A stretch of 64,000 nucleotides of DNA from the NCBI GenBank assembly GCA_938005315.1, contig CALLOB010000005.1, positions 88,790-152,789 of the forward strand. Direction: 5' to 3'. Shown here one piece after another: positions 8,977-18,366 of the stretch. The notes beneath the pieces were generated by a model. The model was not told where the DNA came from. It saw only the letters and a program-made list of their open reading frames with translations, and ran no database searches. Position numbers and translations under genes: made by a program. Each line of letters begins with the position of its first letter. The first letter of the stretch is position 1. Source of the DNA: an uncultured Phycisphaerae bacterium (GTDB lineage Bacteria; Planctomycetota; Phycisphaerae; UBA1845; PWPN01).

Positions 8977-10557
8977 CTACCGGCCGGAGACACCGCCCGG
9001 AATCGCCACGCCGGCGGCACGCAGGGTGTCGGCCAGTTCGGACAGACGCACGACCGGCGGCAGTTCGCCGGCCATGGTGGCCGCGAAACCCGATGAACCT
9101 GCCGCCCGCAGGTTGCCGTGGACGCCGATCAGCCGCACCATCCGGTTCTGAGTGGCACTGCCCCAATGCCGGCCGTTCTCCAGCGACAGCAGCACGTCGG
9201 GGGTGTGGACCACCAGCCCGTGAAACGCCCGCCACAGCCGACAGACGGCGTCGGGGTAGTCGTGGTCGGCGGTCGCCTGAAACCAGGTCTGCTCATCCAC
9301 CGCCCCATCGGCGTTGATCCGCCCGTCGGCCCCGAGGCGGTCGAGGACCCCCCGTAAACAAAGCGGATCGCCGTCGCGCGGCAGGTAGCGCAGGCCCCCC
9401 GCCGGCGAACGTATGATCACGGCCGTTCCGCCGCGACCGACAACCGTCACCCCGCCCTCGAGGTTACGGTACGCGGCCAGTTCGACCCCCTCGATGCCGA
9501 CCGCGTCGCGGGCCACCTGCCCGGGCGAGGCGGTGTGGATCGCGGCGCAGCTGACCATGCCGAATTCCGGAACGACCACGTCGCCGGGCCGAATGAGCCG
9601 GTCGGTGACCCGGTAACCCATGCCGCGCAGGGCGTCGATCAGGGCGATGCGACGGCTTTCGCCCAGGAAGTGGCCGTGGTCGGACAGCAGCGTGATGCAG
9701 ACCTGCCCGCGGGCGTCGTGCACCATCCTGCGGCAGAAGCGGTCCACCCGGATCAGGGCGTGGCGGTGGCCGTCGCGTCCGAGGATCGCGCCGGTGGCCG
9801 AGGTTCCGACGCAGTAGCCGGTGTACGTGTCCGCCGGGGAGCCCGAAAAACCTTCCTGAATGCGCCGAAGTTCGTGGTCCAGCCACGGTCGCGGCCACAG
9901 ATACGTCGGGATGTGCGCCAGTGGGGCCATGGCGTAATCCGTGAACCGGTGCCAGGAGGTGATCTCGTTGCGGGCGTAGACTTCGTATCCGTCGCGCAGG
10001 CGCCGGCCGTCGTAATAGCACGACTCGATCGCCAGGCACGGCCCGATGCCGTAGAACTCCGTCAGACAGGGGTCGGTCATGACCGGAAAAGGCGCGATCG
10101 TGCGGGTGGGACGGGGAAAAAGGCTCATCCGGCCATGCCGCCAGGCCTCCATGGCCGCTTCATAGCCCACGGAATCGAGGATCAGCACCAGGTGCCGCGC
10201 ATCGCCCGACGGCCCGGTCCGCAGGTCCACCTGATCCTCCGGCGTGCCGTCGGCGTCGCGGTCCCACGCGATGCCGTCGATGCGTCCGGCGGCGTCGAGC
10301 CGCTCGGCGTACTCGGCCCGGCCGTCGCCGTCCACATCGAACCAGCGAACAAGTCCGCCCCGGGGATCGGGGTCGGCACGAAGCGGCACGACCGGCATCA
10401 GCCTGGGCGGCGGGCCCGCGCATGCTGCGGCCAGCAGAACGAGGGATAGCACCGCCGGCAGTCGCCGGTTTCTCCGCGAACGCGCCCCGGACCGATCGCG
10501 TTCGGCGCCGTCGTTTGCGGACTCGTGATCAGCCGCAGGCCGTGCGGATGCAGGCAT
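8977..10557 (-). CDS. Alkaline phosphatase/nucleotide pyrophosphatase superfamily lipoprotein
   Basis: Lipobox LAAAC; DVDGDG Ca-binding-like repeats; ILDSV, PFPVMT (Thr nucleophile), LSDHG, GVHG. Confidence 0.8.
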   Translation of the reverse strand: MPASARPAADHESANDGAERDRSGARSRRNRRLPAVLSLVLLAAACAGPPPRLMPVVPLRADPDPRGGLVRWFDVDGDGRAEYAERLDAAGRIDGIAWDRDADGTPEDQVDLRTGPSGDARHLVLILDSVGYEAAMEAWRHGRMSLFPRPTRTIAPFPVMTDPCLTEFYGIGPCLAIESCYYDGRRLRDGYEVYARNEITSWHRFTDYAMAPLAHIPTYLWPRPWLDHELRRIQEGFSGSPADTYTGYCVGTSATGAILGRDGHRHALIRVDRFCRRMVHDARGQVCITLLSDHGHFLGESRRIALIDALRGMGYRVTDRLIRPGDVVVPEFGMVSCAAIHTASPGQVARDAVGIEGVELAAYRNLEGGVTVVGRGGTAVIIRSPAGGLRYLPRDGDPLCLRGVLDRLGADGRINADGAVDEQTWFQATADHDYPDAVCRLWRAFHGLVVHTPDVLLSLENGRHWGSATQNRMVRLIGVHGNLRAAGSSGFAATMAGELPPVVRLSELADTLRAAGVAIPGGVSGR

Positions 10558-10566
10558 GGGGTCATT

Positions 10567-11199
10567 CTATCCCGGGCGCGTCATCGGCGGCAGTTCGTCG
10601 CTCCGCAGGTTGTCGGCGCCGGCGGAACGCTCGATGGCGCCGAAATCGCGGTCCTGGCCCGCGCTGATGAAGATCGGGCAGCCCTGATTGGCGGCCACGG
10701 CCTCGCGCTGCACCTGGGCGGGGCTGCCGGCCGTCAGACACCACAGCGGCATGCCCCAGGAGTCTCGCAGAAGGATGCCCGGATCGGATGCCTGGGGAGC
10801 CTGTCGGTCCCGGGGGGCCGTCGCCCCGCGCAGCAGCGACGGGATGTCCTGCATAAGCTCGCGCGAGGCCTCATCGGCCGCCAGCAGCGCGGCGACCCGG
10901 CGGGCCGCCTGTTCCTCCGGGGGCACGGTCGGTCCGCGGGGGGGGGATTCGGAGGGCGGATCGGTCGGATCCGGCCAGACGCCGGCCGACTGGTGGTAGG
11001 CCAGCAGCGCCGACCGCAGCAGGACCAGCAGCTGCCGGGTCTGGCGGATCTTGAGCTCGGTGCGGATCTGCTCGACGCCCAAAGCCGTCAGCAGCAGCAG
11101 CAGTCCGATGGCCGCACCGGCCAGCAGCGTCTCGCTGAGGGTCGCCCCGACCCGCGACGTGGCGGAAATCTTGAGCATCGCCGCGCGGACCCTTAGCAT
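10567..11199 (-). CDS. Prepilin/type II secretion pseudopilin-like protein
   Basis: G|ATLSETLL class III signal followed by a hydrophobic helix; YHQSAGVWP, DSWGMPL, ISAGQD...DNL GspG-like motifs. Confidence 0.75.
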   Translation of the reverse strand: MLRVRAAMLKISATSRVGATLSETLLAGAAIGLLLLLTALGVEQIRTELKIRQTRQLLVLLRSALLAYHQSAGVWPDPTDPPSESPPRGPTVPPEEQAARRVAALLAADEASRELMQDIPSLLRGATAPRDRQAPQASDPGILLRDSWGMPLWCLTAGSPAQVQREAVAANQGCPIFISAGQDRDFGAIERSAGADNLRSDELPPMTRPG

Positions 11200-11205
11200 G
11201 GCGGC

Positions 11206-11234
11206 ATCCTGCAGAATCGATTCCCGGCTGTCAA
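11206..11234 (-). promoter_or_regulatory. Sigma-70 promoter (leaderless) for the pseudopilin gene
   Basis: TTGACA (11234-29), 17 bp spacer, CAGGAT (11211-06), then 6 nt to ATG 11199. Confidence 0.55.
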
Positions 11235-11312
11235 CCGCGGCGGGAATCGTTCGGACCGGCGTCCGGGCGTTCCGGCCGCGTCCGCGTGCAGCCTTCAAGG
11301 GAGTCGCCTGAG

Positions 11313-12242
11313 ATGGCCGAGTCCGTCCGCGTGGGCATGATCGGCATGGACACCTCGCACTGCGGGGCGTTCGCGAGCATCTTTCACGAGAAACTGCCGG
11401 AGCTGAACGTCCGGGTGGTGGCCGCCTATCCCTCGTTCAGCCCCGACCTGAAGAGCAGCTTCGAGCGCGTCGAAGGCTACCGCAAGGAGCTGGCCCAGAA
11501 GCACGACGTGAAGATGACCGATTCCATCGAGGCCATGCTCGACATGGTGGATGCGGTGATGATCCTGAGCGTGGACGGCCGGCGGCACCTGCCGGAGCTG
11601 CGGGCGGTGGCCCACACCGGCAAGCCGGTCTTCGTGGACAAGCCCTTCGCCGCCAGCCTGGCCGACGCCCGCGAAATGGTGCGCCTCATTCGCCGGTACG
11701 AGCTGCCGTGCTGGAGCAGCTCCTCGCTGCGGTATGACAGCGGTTTTGCCGAGCTCGTCGCGAACCCGGACAAGTACGGCCGGATCATCGGCTGCGACGT
11801 GCATTCCCCGGCTCACCTCGAGCCGACCAACCCGGGGCTGTTCTGGTACGGCATCCACGGCGTGGAGATCCTCTACACGATCATGGGGCCGGGCTGCCGC
11901 AGCGTGTCGTGCACCAGCACGCCCGAGGCGGACGTGGTCATCGGCGCCTGGAGCGAAAACCGGCTGGGCACCCTGCGCGGCATCCGCGCCGGGCAGCCGG
12001 GTTACGGGGCCACGGTGCTCAGCGAGAAGCAGCCGGTGACCTCGTTTACGGCCAAGGGGGATTACTACCCGGCACTGTGCCGCGAGATCGCCACCTTCTT
12101 CAGGACGCGCAAGGCCCCCGTGCCGATCGAGGTGACGCTAGAGATCTGCGCGTTCATCGACGCGGCCATGCGTTCCGCGGCCGTCGATGCCGACGACATC
12201 CCGGTCGAGCTTTTCCCGGCGGGCGCAAGCGGCCCGGCATGA
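11313..12242 (+). CDS. Gfo/Idh/MocA family oxidoreductase (cytoplasmic)
   Basis: GMIGMDTSH, SVDGRRH, FVDKP, SSSSLRY, WYGIHGVE; GGGAG RBS. Confidence 0.9.
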   Translation: MAESVRVGMIGMDTSHCGAFASIFHEKLPELNVRVVAAYPSFSPDLKSSFERVEGYRKELAQKHDVKMTDSIEAMLDMVDAVMILSVDGRRHLPELRAVAHTGKPVFVDKPFAASLADAREMVRLIRRYELPCWSSSSLRYDSGFAELVANPDKYGRIIGCDVHSPAHLEPTNPGLFWYGIHGVEILYTIMGPGCRSVSCTSTPEADVVIGAWSENRLGTLRGIRAGQPGYGATVLSEKQPVTSFTAKGDYYPALCREIATFFRTRKAPVPIEVTLEICAFIDAAMRSAAVDADDIPVELFPAGASGPA

Positions 12243-12245
12243 CCA

Positions 12246-13193
12246 TTACCGGGCCGTCGGCGTCAGCAGGATCCGGGGCGGCTGCACCGGGGCGTAGGCA
12301 TGCCGCCGGGGGATGGTCGCGCGGTCGAACGGCCGGTAGCTTTCGATCGCGCCGACGCGGGCGATGCGCACCGACTTACGCAGCAGACCCCGGCCGTTGT
12401 CGGCGTCGCTGAACAGGCCGCGGGCATAGCCCGGACCCCGGCTGCCGCCGAGGTTCGACGAGAAGTACTTCAGGCCGATGATCGCCCCGTCGGAATCCCG
12501 CACCCAATCGATGAAAATCACCGAATGCCCCCCCGGCGGCGTGGTGCTGTAGCTGAGGAAGTCGCCCGGGCGGGCCTCCTCGAAATCCTCGACCGCCCGG
12601 CCGAGGCCGTAGGCGGTGATCGCCCGTTGTTCGCAGTCGCCCTCGCCTTCGATGTACCACAACTGCAGCATGTTGAACAGATCGTGGAAGGTCATGCCGT
12701 TGAAGTCATCGGGGTCCAGGCCCTTCTGCACGTTGCGCAGCTGCATCGCCCGGAAGAAGATCTCGAAGGTCAGCCCGCAGCAGTAGCTGCAGCGCGACCC
12801 GTCGGGATAGGCCTTGGCCACGACCATGCCGCGGTACCACAGGTCCTGGGTGACGCCGTTGTAGATGTCGTATTCCCGCGGATCCCAGCCGCAGTGGTAG
12901 GGGTAGGAGCCGTCCAGCGGATAGGCGGCCACGACCCGCAGTACATAGGGGTTCAGCGAGCCTTCTTCGTCGTCGGCCACACGTTCTTCGCAGGCGAAAG
13001 CCCGGGCCAGGGCTTTGTCGACGGGCGAGAAGCCGCGCTCGTCCACCGGGTAGGGCGTCGGGGTGTAGCGATATCGCCTGGGCACCGCGTTCTCACGGTC
13101 CGCCGAGGCGGATTCCGCCGGTCCGGCCCAAGGACCGGGGACGGCGCAGGCGCCGGCCATCAGCACGGCCAGGCCGCAGACGGCCCTGATCAT
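12246..13193 (-). CDS. Lipoprotein with probable NlpC/P60 (papain-like Cys-His) domain
   Basis: Lipobox MAGAC; SYCCGLTFE...ARPGDF...GGHSVIF pattern. Confidence 0.6.
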   Translation of the reverse strand: MIRAVCGLAVLMAGACAVPGPWAGPAESASADRENAVPRRYRYTPTPYPVDERGFSPVDKALARAFACEERVADDEEGSLNPYVLRVVAAYPLDGSYPYHCGWDPREYDIYNGVTQDLWYRGMVVAKAYPDGSRCSYCCGLTFEIFFRAMQLRNVQKGLDPDDFNGMTFHDLFNMLQLWYIEGEGDCEQRAITAYGLGRAVEDFEEARPGDFLSYSTTPPGGHSVIFIDWVRDSDGAIIGLKYFSSNLGGSRGPGYARGLFSDADNGRGLLRKSVRIARVGAIESYRPFDRATIPRRHAYAPVQPPRILLTPTAR

Positions 13194-13237
13194 GTTTCGG
13201 ACGCGTTGCACCACGGTGACTCCTTGCGATTCCCGCC

Positions 13238-13924
13238 TCAAGGCCCCGGAACCACTGCGACGATCGCCCACCGCTGGACGGACACGGCCGCAGAACCCAA
13301 TCCGCTGACAGCGAGGCTGTCGTTGGCTCGTGTGACCGTGACCGTCAGGTCCGCACCCTGCTGGAAGCTCCGCAGGTCGTCGGCGCTGACGGCCAGCACG
13401 CCGGTGTCCGGGACCGGCCCGAGTGTCTTGAGCCGGCCGCGGCCCAGCAGGGTCTGGCGCAGTTCGACGGTCGCCTGAACGCCCGACTCGGCCGCCGACC
13501 AGCTCACTTCGAAGCCCGATAGCGAGGCGGTGGCGCCGGCCGCCGGGGCGGTGATCTGGAAGTCGGCCGGGGCATGGACCGTGGTGTCGAACACGCCGCG
13601 TGTCGGCTCGGCGACCGTGATCACGTACTGCGCGGCCGCCGGTACCGAAGCGGTGTACTCGCCGTCGCGGTCCGGCCCGGACAGCGCGACGCCGTTCACC
13701 GATACGCCCTGGTCGGGGCCGAACACGACCTTGTTGCCGTGCCGGTCGGTAATGCCGGCGGTGACCGACGCGTTCGCGCCGCCGGCCTGCTGCAGGATGA
13801 TGATTTCTGCGTCGGCTTCGTTCAACGGAATGTCGCCGTCACCGAGGCGGATCGAGCAGGAACCTCCCATGCACCAACCGGCAATCCCCAGACCGCAGAG
13901 CAGCCGCAGCAGGTTTCGTGACAT
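13238..13924 (-). CDS. Hypothetical lipoprotein, beta-rich
   Basis: Signal with CMGGSC lipobox; Ig-like beta-strand composition; co-oriented with its neighbours. Confidence 0.75.
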   Translation of the reverse strand: MSRNLLRLLCGLGIAGWCMGGSCSIRLGDGDIPLNEADAEIIILQQAGGANASVTAGITDRHGNKVVFGPDQGVSVNGVALSGPDRDGEYTASVPAAAQYVITVAEPTRGVFDTTVHAPADFQITAPAAGATASLSGFEVSWSAAESGVQATVELRQTLLGRGRLKTLGPVPDTGVLAVSADDLRSFQQGADLTVTVTRANDSLAVSGLGSAAVSVQRWAIVAVVPGP

Positions 13925-13964
13925 CCCGGTCTTCTCCGGCGGTCGGAGTCGAGGGCTCCGATCC

Positions 13965-14843
13965 TCAGGGCAGCACTTCCAGGGTCAACGCCCGCGTGTC
14001 CGTCGTGGGCGGCACATCGTCGTCGGTCACCTTCACGGTGAAGCTGCGCGTCCCGGCCACGGCGGGTCTCCCGGAGATCCGGCCTGTTCCCGGGTCCAGT
14101 TTCAGTTCGTCCGCCGGCGCGGGAGGCGCCAGGACGCCGGCCACCACCGCCCAGCGCAGCGGCCGCTTGCCGCCGGCGGCGGTGAGCGTCGCCGAGTAGG
14201 TCTCGCCGACCTTCGCGGCCGGCAGCGACGCGGTGGTGATCGACACCGCCGCGGCCTTGACCGTCAGGCGGGTGTCGGTCGAGGCGGTTTGCCGCGGATC
14301 GCCGCTGTCGACGGCGACGATGCGGATCGGGAGGCGATCGTAGTCGTTCAAAGGCACACCGCTGATGATGCCGGTGTCCGGATCAAAGCTCAGCCCCGCC
14401 GGCAGGCCGACCACCGAGAAGGCGTAAGGCGGAACGCCTCCGGAAGCGGACAATGCCTGGCTGTAGGCCTCTCCGACTCGCGCCGGCGCCACCGAGCGCG
14501 CGACGACCAGCCGCGGAATGACGTTGAGGGTGTAGGTCCGCTCGGCGGTGAGGGGAAGCAGGCTGGCGGCCCGGGCGCCGACGGTGAAACTGAAGCTGCC
14601 GCTCTCCCGGGGCGTCCCGGCGATCAGGCCGGTCTCGGCGGACAGGGCCAGCCCCTGCGGCAGCGTTCCGCCTATCGGGTACCAGGAGAACGAGCCTTCG
14701 GCCGCCACGGCGAGGTCCTGGCTGTAGACCAGACCTTCGGCGGCATTGGGAAGAGATTCCGGGAGGATCTCGACGGACGCCGGGCATCCGGCGAGGGCAC
14801 AGCAGGCAGCGGCCAGAACGCCGGAGGCGCGTTTCCTCGGCAC
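13965..14843 (-). CDS. Lipoprotein with three putative Ig (He_PIG) domains
   Basis: Lipobox LAGC; repeated LPxAxxGxxYS...GLxLxxxTGxISGxP units. Confidence 0.88.
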   Translation of the reverse strand: MPRKRASGVLAAACCALAGCPASVEILPESLPNAAEGLVYSQDLAVAAEGSFSWYPIGGTLPQGLALSAETGLIAGTPRESGSFSFTVGARAASLLPLTAERTYTLNVIPRLVVARSVAPARVGEAYSQALSASGGVPPYAFSVVGLPAGLSFDPDTGIISGVPLNDYDRLPIRIVAVDSGDPRQTASTDTRLTVKAAAVSITTASLPAAKVGETYSATLTAAGGKRPLRWAVVAGVLAPPAPADELKLDPGTGRISGRPAVAGTRSFTVKVTDDDVPPTTDTRALTLEVLP

Positions 14844-15112
14844 AGGCAGGTCCCCCTTGGCGTGTGGCGGTCATCGCGGCGTTATCAGACTACCCTCGGT
14901 CGGGGCGGCGGGCAACACGCACCCGCCGCTGGGTCGGCAAGTCCGTCCGGAGGACACGGTCCCGGCCGGCGCCCCAGCCCCAGGACGCGACGGCCGGAGC
15001 GACTCGCCTGAATCGCGCCCCAGATCCCGGGACGAACGCACCGCGCGGCGTGAGTTTTATGGGACGCCAGTTCGAGAGTCGCGCACGCCAGCAGCCGGCA
15101 CCAGGTACATTC

Positions 15113-15139
15113 AAAAAAGGGGGTTCTGGCGCAAACCCC
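15113..15139 (-). terminator. Rho-independent terminator-like hairpin in a divergent intergenic region
   Basis: Minus strand GGGGTT-TGCGCCAG-AACCCC-C-TTTTTT. Confidence 0.4.
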
Positions 15140-15290
15140 GCCCCCGGCCTGGACGATAAGACCTGCGGGCCGACGGACGGCCGGAGAACCTACAACCGCT
15201 TCCCGGCCTCCGGCCGGATCATTCGCTCCCTGCGACCGGGGGCGAACGTGTCGCGCCCGAGGGTCCCGGCTGGAGGATCAGTACCGACAC

Positions 15291-16289
15291 ATGGAACGGC
15301 GTATCCTGGTGGTGGACGACGATCCGATGATGCTTCGGCTGCTGACCAAGCATCTTCGCGGGGCCAATTTCGAGGTCCTGACCGCCGACAACGGCGCCGA
15401 AGCCATGCATCTGATGATGGCCGAGGGTCCCCCGCTGGTCATCAGCGACTGGTCGATGCCGGGCATGACCGGCCTGGAGCTCTGCAAGAACATCCGCCAG
15501 ACCGAGGGCATCGGTTTCGTCTACCTGATCATCCTCACCGCCCATGCCGAAAAGGAACGGGTGGTTGAAGCGCTCAACGCCGGGGCCAACGACTTCCTGG
15601 CCAAGCCCTTCCACCGCGAGGAACTGCTGGCCCGGGTCGGTGCGGGCATGCGTATCGTGACCCTGGAGGCCGACCTGGCGCGTCGAACCCGCGAACTCTA
15701 CAAGGCCAACGCCGAACTGGCGGTGCTGAACCTCAAGCTCAATAAAGTGGCCACGACAGACGAGCTGACCGACCTGCCTAATCGCCGCGAGGGCCTCAAG
15801 CGGCTGCGCAACCTCTGGGAGAACGCACTTCACGAAGGCGCGCCTCTCTCGTGCATCATGGTGGACATCGACCATTTCAAGCGCTGCAACGACACCTTCG
15901 GCCACGAGAGCGGCGACCGCGTGCTGCGGGAAGTCGCCCGGACGATGGAAGGGGCCTGCCGGCGAAAGGAATCGGTCTGCCGGCTCGGCGGCGAGGAGTT
16001 CCTGATTCTCTGTCCCGGCCAGTCCCTCGAGGAGGCGGCGGCCACCGCCGAGACGATCCGCAGGGCGGTTCAGGACCACGCCGTTCAGCTGGAAACCGGA
16101 GAGTTGCGGGCCACGATCAGCCTGGGAGTCGCCGGGCGGAACGAGCGGACGGCCACCGCCGACGACATGCTGCGCCTGGCCGACGAGGCCCTGTACGCCG
16201 CCAAGCGCGCCGGCCGCAACCGGGTCCATGTGGCCGGGAGCCGGCCGAGCATGCCCGCCGAGCCGGCGACCGTCTCATCACCGGCCTGA
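15291..16289 (+). CDS. Response regulator diguanylate cyclase (REC-GGDEF)
   Basis: ILVVDDD, DWSMPGMTG, KPF REC domain; DIDHFK, GHESGD, RLGGEEF, ADEALYAAK. Confidence 0.95.
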   Translation: MERRILVVDDDPMMLRLLTKHLRGANFEVLTADNGAEAMHLMMAEGPPLVISDWSMPGMTGLELCKNIRQTEGIGFVYLIILTAHAEKERVVEALNAGANDFLAKPFHREELLARVGAGMRIVTLEADLARRTRELYKANAELAVLNLKLNKVATTDELTDLPNRREGLKRLRNLWENALHEGAPLSCIMVDIDHFKRCNDTFGHESGDRVLREVARTMEGACRRKESVCRLGGEEFLILCPGQSLEEAAATAETIRRAVQDHAVQLETGELRATISLGVAGRNERTATADDMLRLADEALYAAKRAGRNRVHVAGSRPSMPAEPATVSSPA

Positions 16290-16510
16290 GCCGTCCGCCT
16301 CTGACCGGGCTGCCGGGGCGGCCGGGCGCTTCCGGCAGGCTGGTCGGCACCCGGCATTCCTCCCGCCGCGCCGTGACTGACCCCGGGAGGTTCGAGTCGA
16401 CCGCAAGCTCTTCAGGGGTGTGATTATCGGACTTCAGGCACCGGAACCGGAGCTGATCCGGCGCCGGGATGTGCGACCGCGACATGTTCGGCCCGGACTC
16501 GCGACCCCCC

Positions 16511-16540
16511 TCAAGGCCGCCGGAGCGAATGTCCGATGAA
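16511..16540 (+). promoter_or_regulatory. Sigma-28 (FliA)-like promoter candidate upstream of fliM
   Basis: TCAAG-N16-TCCGATGA; a second TCCGATAA at 16558-65. Confidence 0.5.
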
Positions 16541-16629
16541 CTGGTAACGGCGCCCTGTCCGATAATCCACGGGCCTGTGGCGCCGCCGCGCGCCCGGGCG
16601 GTTCCGGGCCGACGGGGTTTCGATCGACC

Positions 16630-17634
16630 ATGGCGGACGTTCTCGACCAGGCCGAGGTGGATGCCCTGCTGTCGGCGGTGGATTCCGGGATCGGCCCGGA
16701 CACCGAACCGGAGGTCTTCAGCCGCTCGAAGGCCAAGCAGCAGGAGATCCGCACCTACGACTTCAAGCGGCCCGAGCGGGTCAGCAAAGACCAGATGCGG
16801 TCGCTGGAGGCGATCCACGAGGGGTTCGCCCGCAACTTCGGGGCGAGCCTGTCGGCTTTCCTGCGCACCATCGTCGAGGTACGGGTGGCGACCATCGAGC
16901 AGCTGACTTACAGCGAGTTCATCCACTCGCTGCCGAACCCGACGTGCTTCAACCTGCTGGACGCCCCTCCGCTGGAGGGCCAGCTGTGCCTGGAAATCAG
17001 CCCGCTGATCGTCTACCCGATCATCGACCGGCTGCTCGGCGGATCCAACGCCGAGCTGTTCATTCCCCAGCGCCCGCTGACCTCGATCGAGTGGCGGCTG
17101 GTCAAGCGGATCACCGACCGGGCCCTCAGCCAGCTGACCGAGGTGTGGCAGACGCTGGTGCAGGTGGAGTTCAGCCTGGCCGAGACCGAGTCCAACCCCC
17201 ACCTGGTTCAGATCGTGGCCCCCAACGAAGTCGTGGTGGTCATCGGCCTGGAGCTGAAGATGGGCACGCGGGCCGGCACCATGACCCTGTGCCTGCCCTT
17301 CAACGTCATCGAGCCGGTGATGGGCAAGCTGGCCACGCAGAGCTGGCTGGCCTATCAGCGCAAGGCCTCCAGCGCCGCCCAGCGCCAGCAGGTCACCGAG
17401 CATGTCAAGTCGGCCGAACTGGAGGTGCGGGCCTTCCTGGCCAGCACGACGATGACGGTCCGCGACCTGCTTGAGCTTCAGCCCGGGGATATCATTCCCA
17501 CGGAAAAGGAGGCCACCGCCGACCTGATCCTGCAGGTGGAGAACCGTAACAAGTTCGCCGGCCGGTTGTATCAGTACAAGGGCATGCGGGCCATCCGCGT
17601 GACCCGGCTGGCGGATCCCGAGGAGAAGCTCTGA
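16630..17634 (+). CDS. fliM: Flagellar motor switch protein FliM
   Basis: N-terminal CheY-binding VLDQAEVDALL, YDFKRPERVSKDQMR, IIDRLLGG, C-terminal SpoA domain. Confidence 0.97.
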   Translation: MADVLDQAEVDALLSAVDSGIGPDTEPEVFSRSKAKQQEIRTYDFKRPERVSKDQMRSLEAIHEGFARNFGASLSAFLRTIVEVRVATIEQLTYSEFIHSLPNPTCFNLLDAPPLEGQLCLEISPLIVYPIIDRLLGGSNAELFIPQRPLTSIEWRLVKRITDRALSQLTEVWQTLVQVEFSLAETESNPHLVQIVAPNEVVVVIGLELKMGTRAGTMTLCLPFNVIEPVMGKLATQSWLAYQRKASSAAQRQQVTEHVKSAELEVRAFLASTTMTVRDLLELQPGDIIPTEKEATADLILQVENRNKFAGRLYQYKGMRAIRVTRLADPEEKL

Positions 17635-17678
17635 GCGGCCGGTCTGCTCTGCCGCAGCTGCCGGGCGAGGATCAGGCC

Positions 17679-18173
17679 ATGAGTCAGGAAACCGTTTCGC
17701 AACCCGGCGGCGCCGGTCCCCGGAACCGGCTGGGAACCATTTTCGTCGGCGTCGTGGTGGTCGCGGTCATTTACCTGGCCACCAGTCGCACCTCCCCTCC
17801 GCCTCCGGCGGCCTTTGAATGGGCTTCCGATCATGACGCCGCCCTGGCCCGCGCGGCCGCCGAGAAACGGCCGGTGCTGCTGACGTTCAGCGCCGCCTGG
17901 TGCGGTGCCTGTCGGATGATGGACCGGGACGTCTACGCCAGACCGGAGGCCGGGGCGTTGCTGCGCCGCTGGCTGCCGGTCCGGGTGGACGCCGACGCCC
18001 AGCAGGCGCTGGTCAGCCGCTACCAGATCGCGGCGGTCCCCACGCTGCTGATGCTGTCCCCGGATGGAAAGGTCATCGATCGCTACGACGGGCCGCTGAC
18101 GCTTTCGCAGCTGGCCGAGGCCATCGCCCGCGCCGAGGCCTCCATGGGGGCCGGCGGAGCCTCCGGGACGTGA
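17679..18173 (+). CDS. Membrane-anchored thioredoxin family protein
   Basis: N-terminal TM segment, WCGAC active site, VPT cis-Pro motif. Confidence 0.88.
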   Translation: MSQETVSQPGGAGPRNRLGTIFVGVVVVAVIYLATSRTSPPPPAAFEWASDHDAALARAAAEKRPVLLTFSAAWCGACRMMDRDVYARPEAGALLRRWLPVRVDADAQQALVSRYQIAAVPTLLMLSPDGKVIDRYDGPLTLSQLAEAIARAEASMGAGGASGT

Positions 18174-18366
18174 CGCCAGCCAACCGCCGCATTCCCCCGC
18201 GAGCCGAAGTGCGTCGTCATGTCCGTGTACGCGGGGAGGAAACCACGACCTGCCCGATGAGGCGGAAGGTTCCATCGCCGGCGCCGGAACACGCTGGTCC
18301 GACAGCCTGAGCGGCACCCCCGACGAACCGCCCGCGACCGCCTCTGAAAACCGCATCGGCGGAAGC

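Noticed and set aside
16389-16398. GGTTCGAGTC T-loop-like word suggesting a tRNA
   Set aside because: Flanks do not form a T-stem or cloverleaf.
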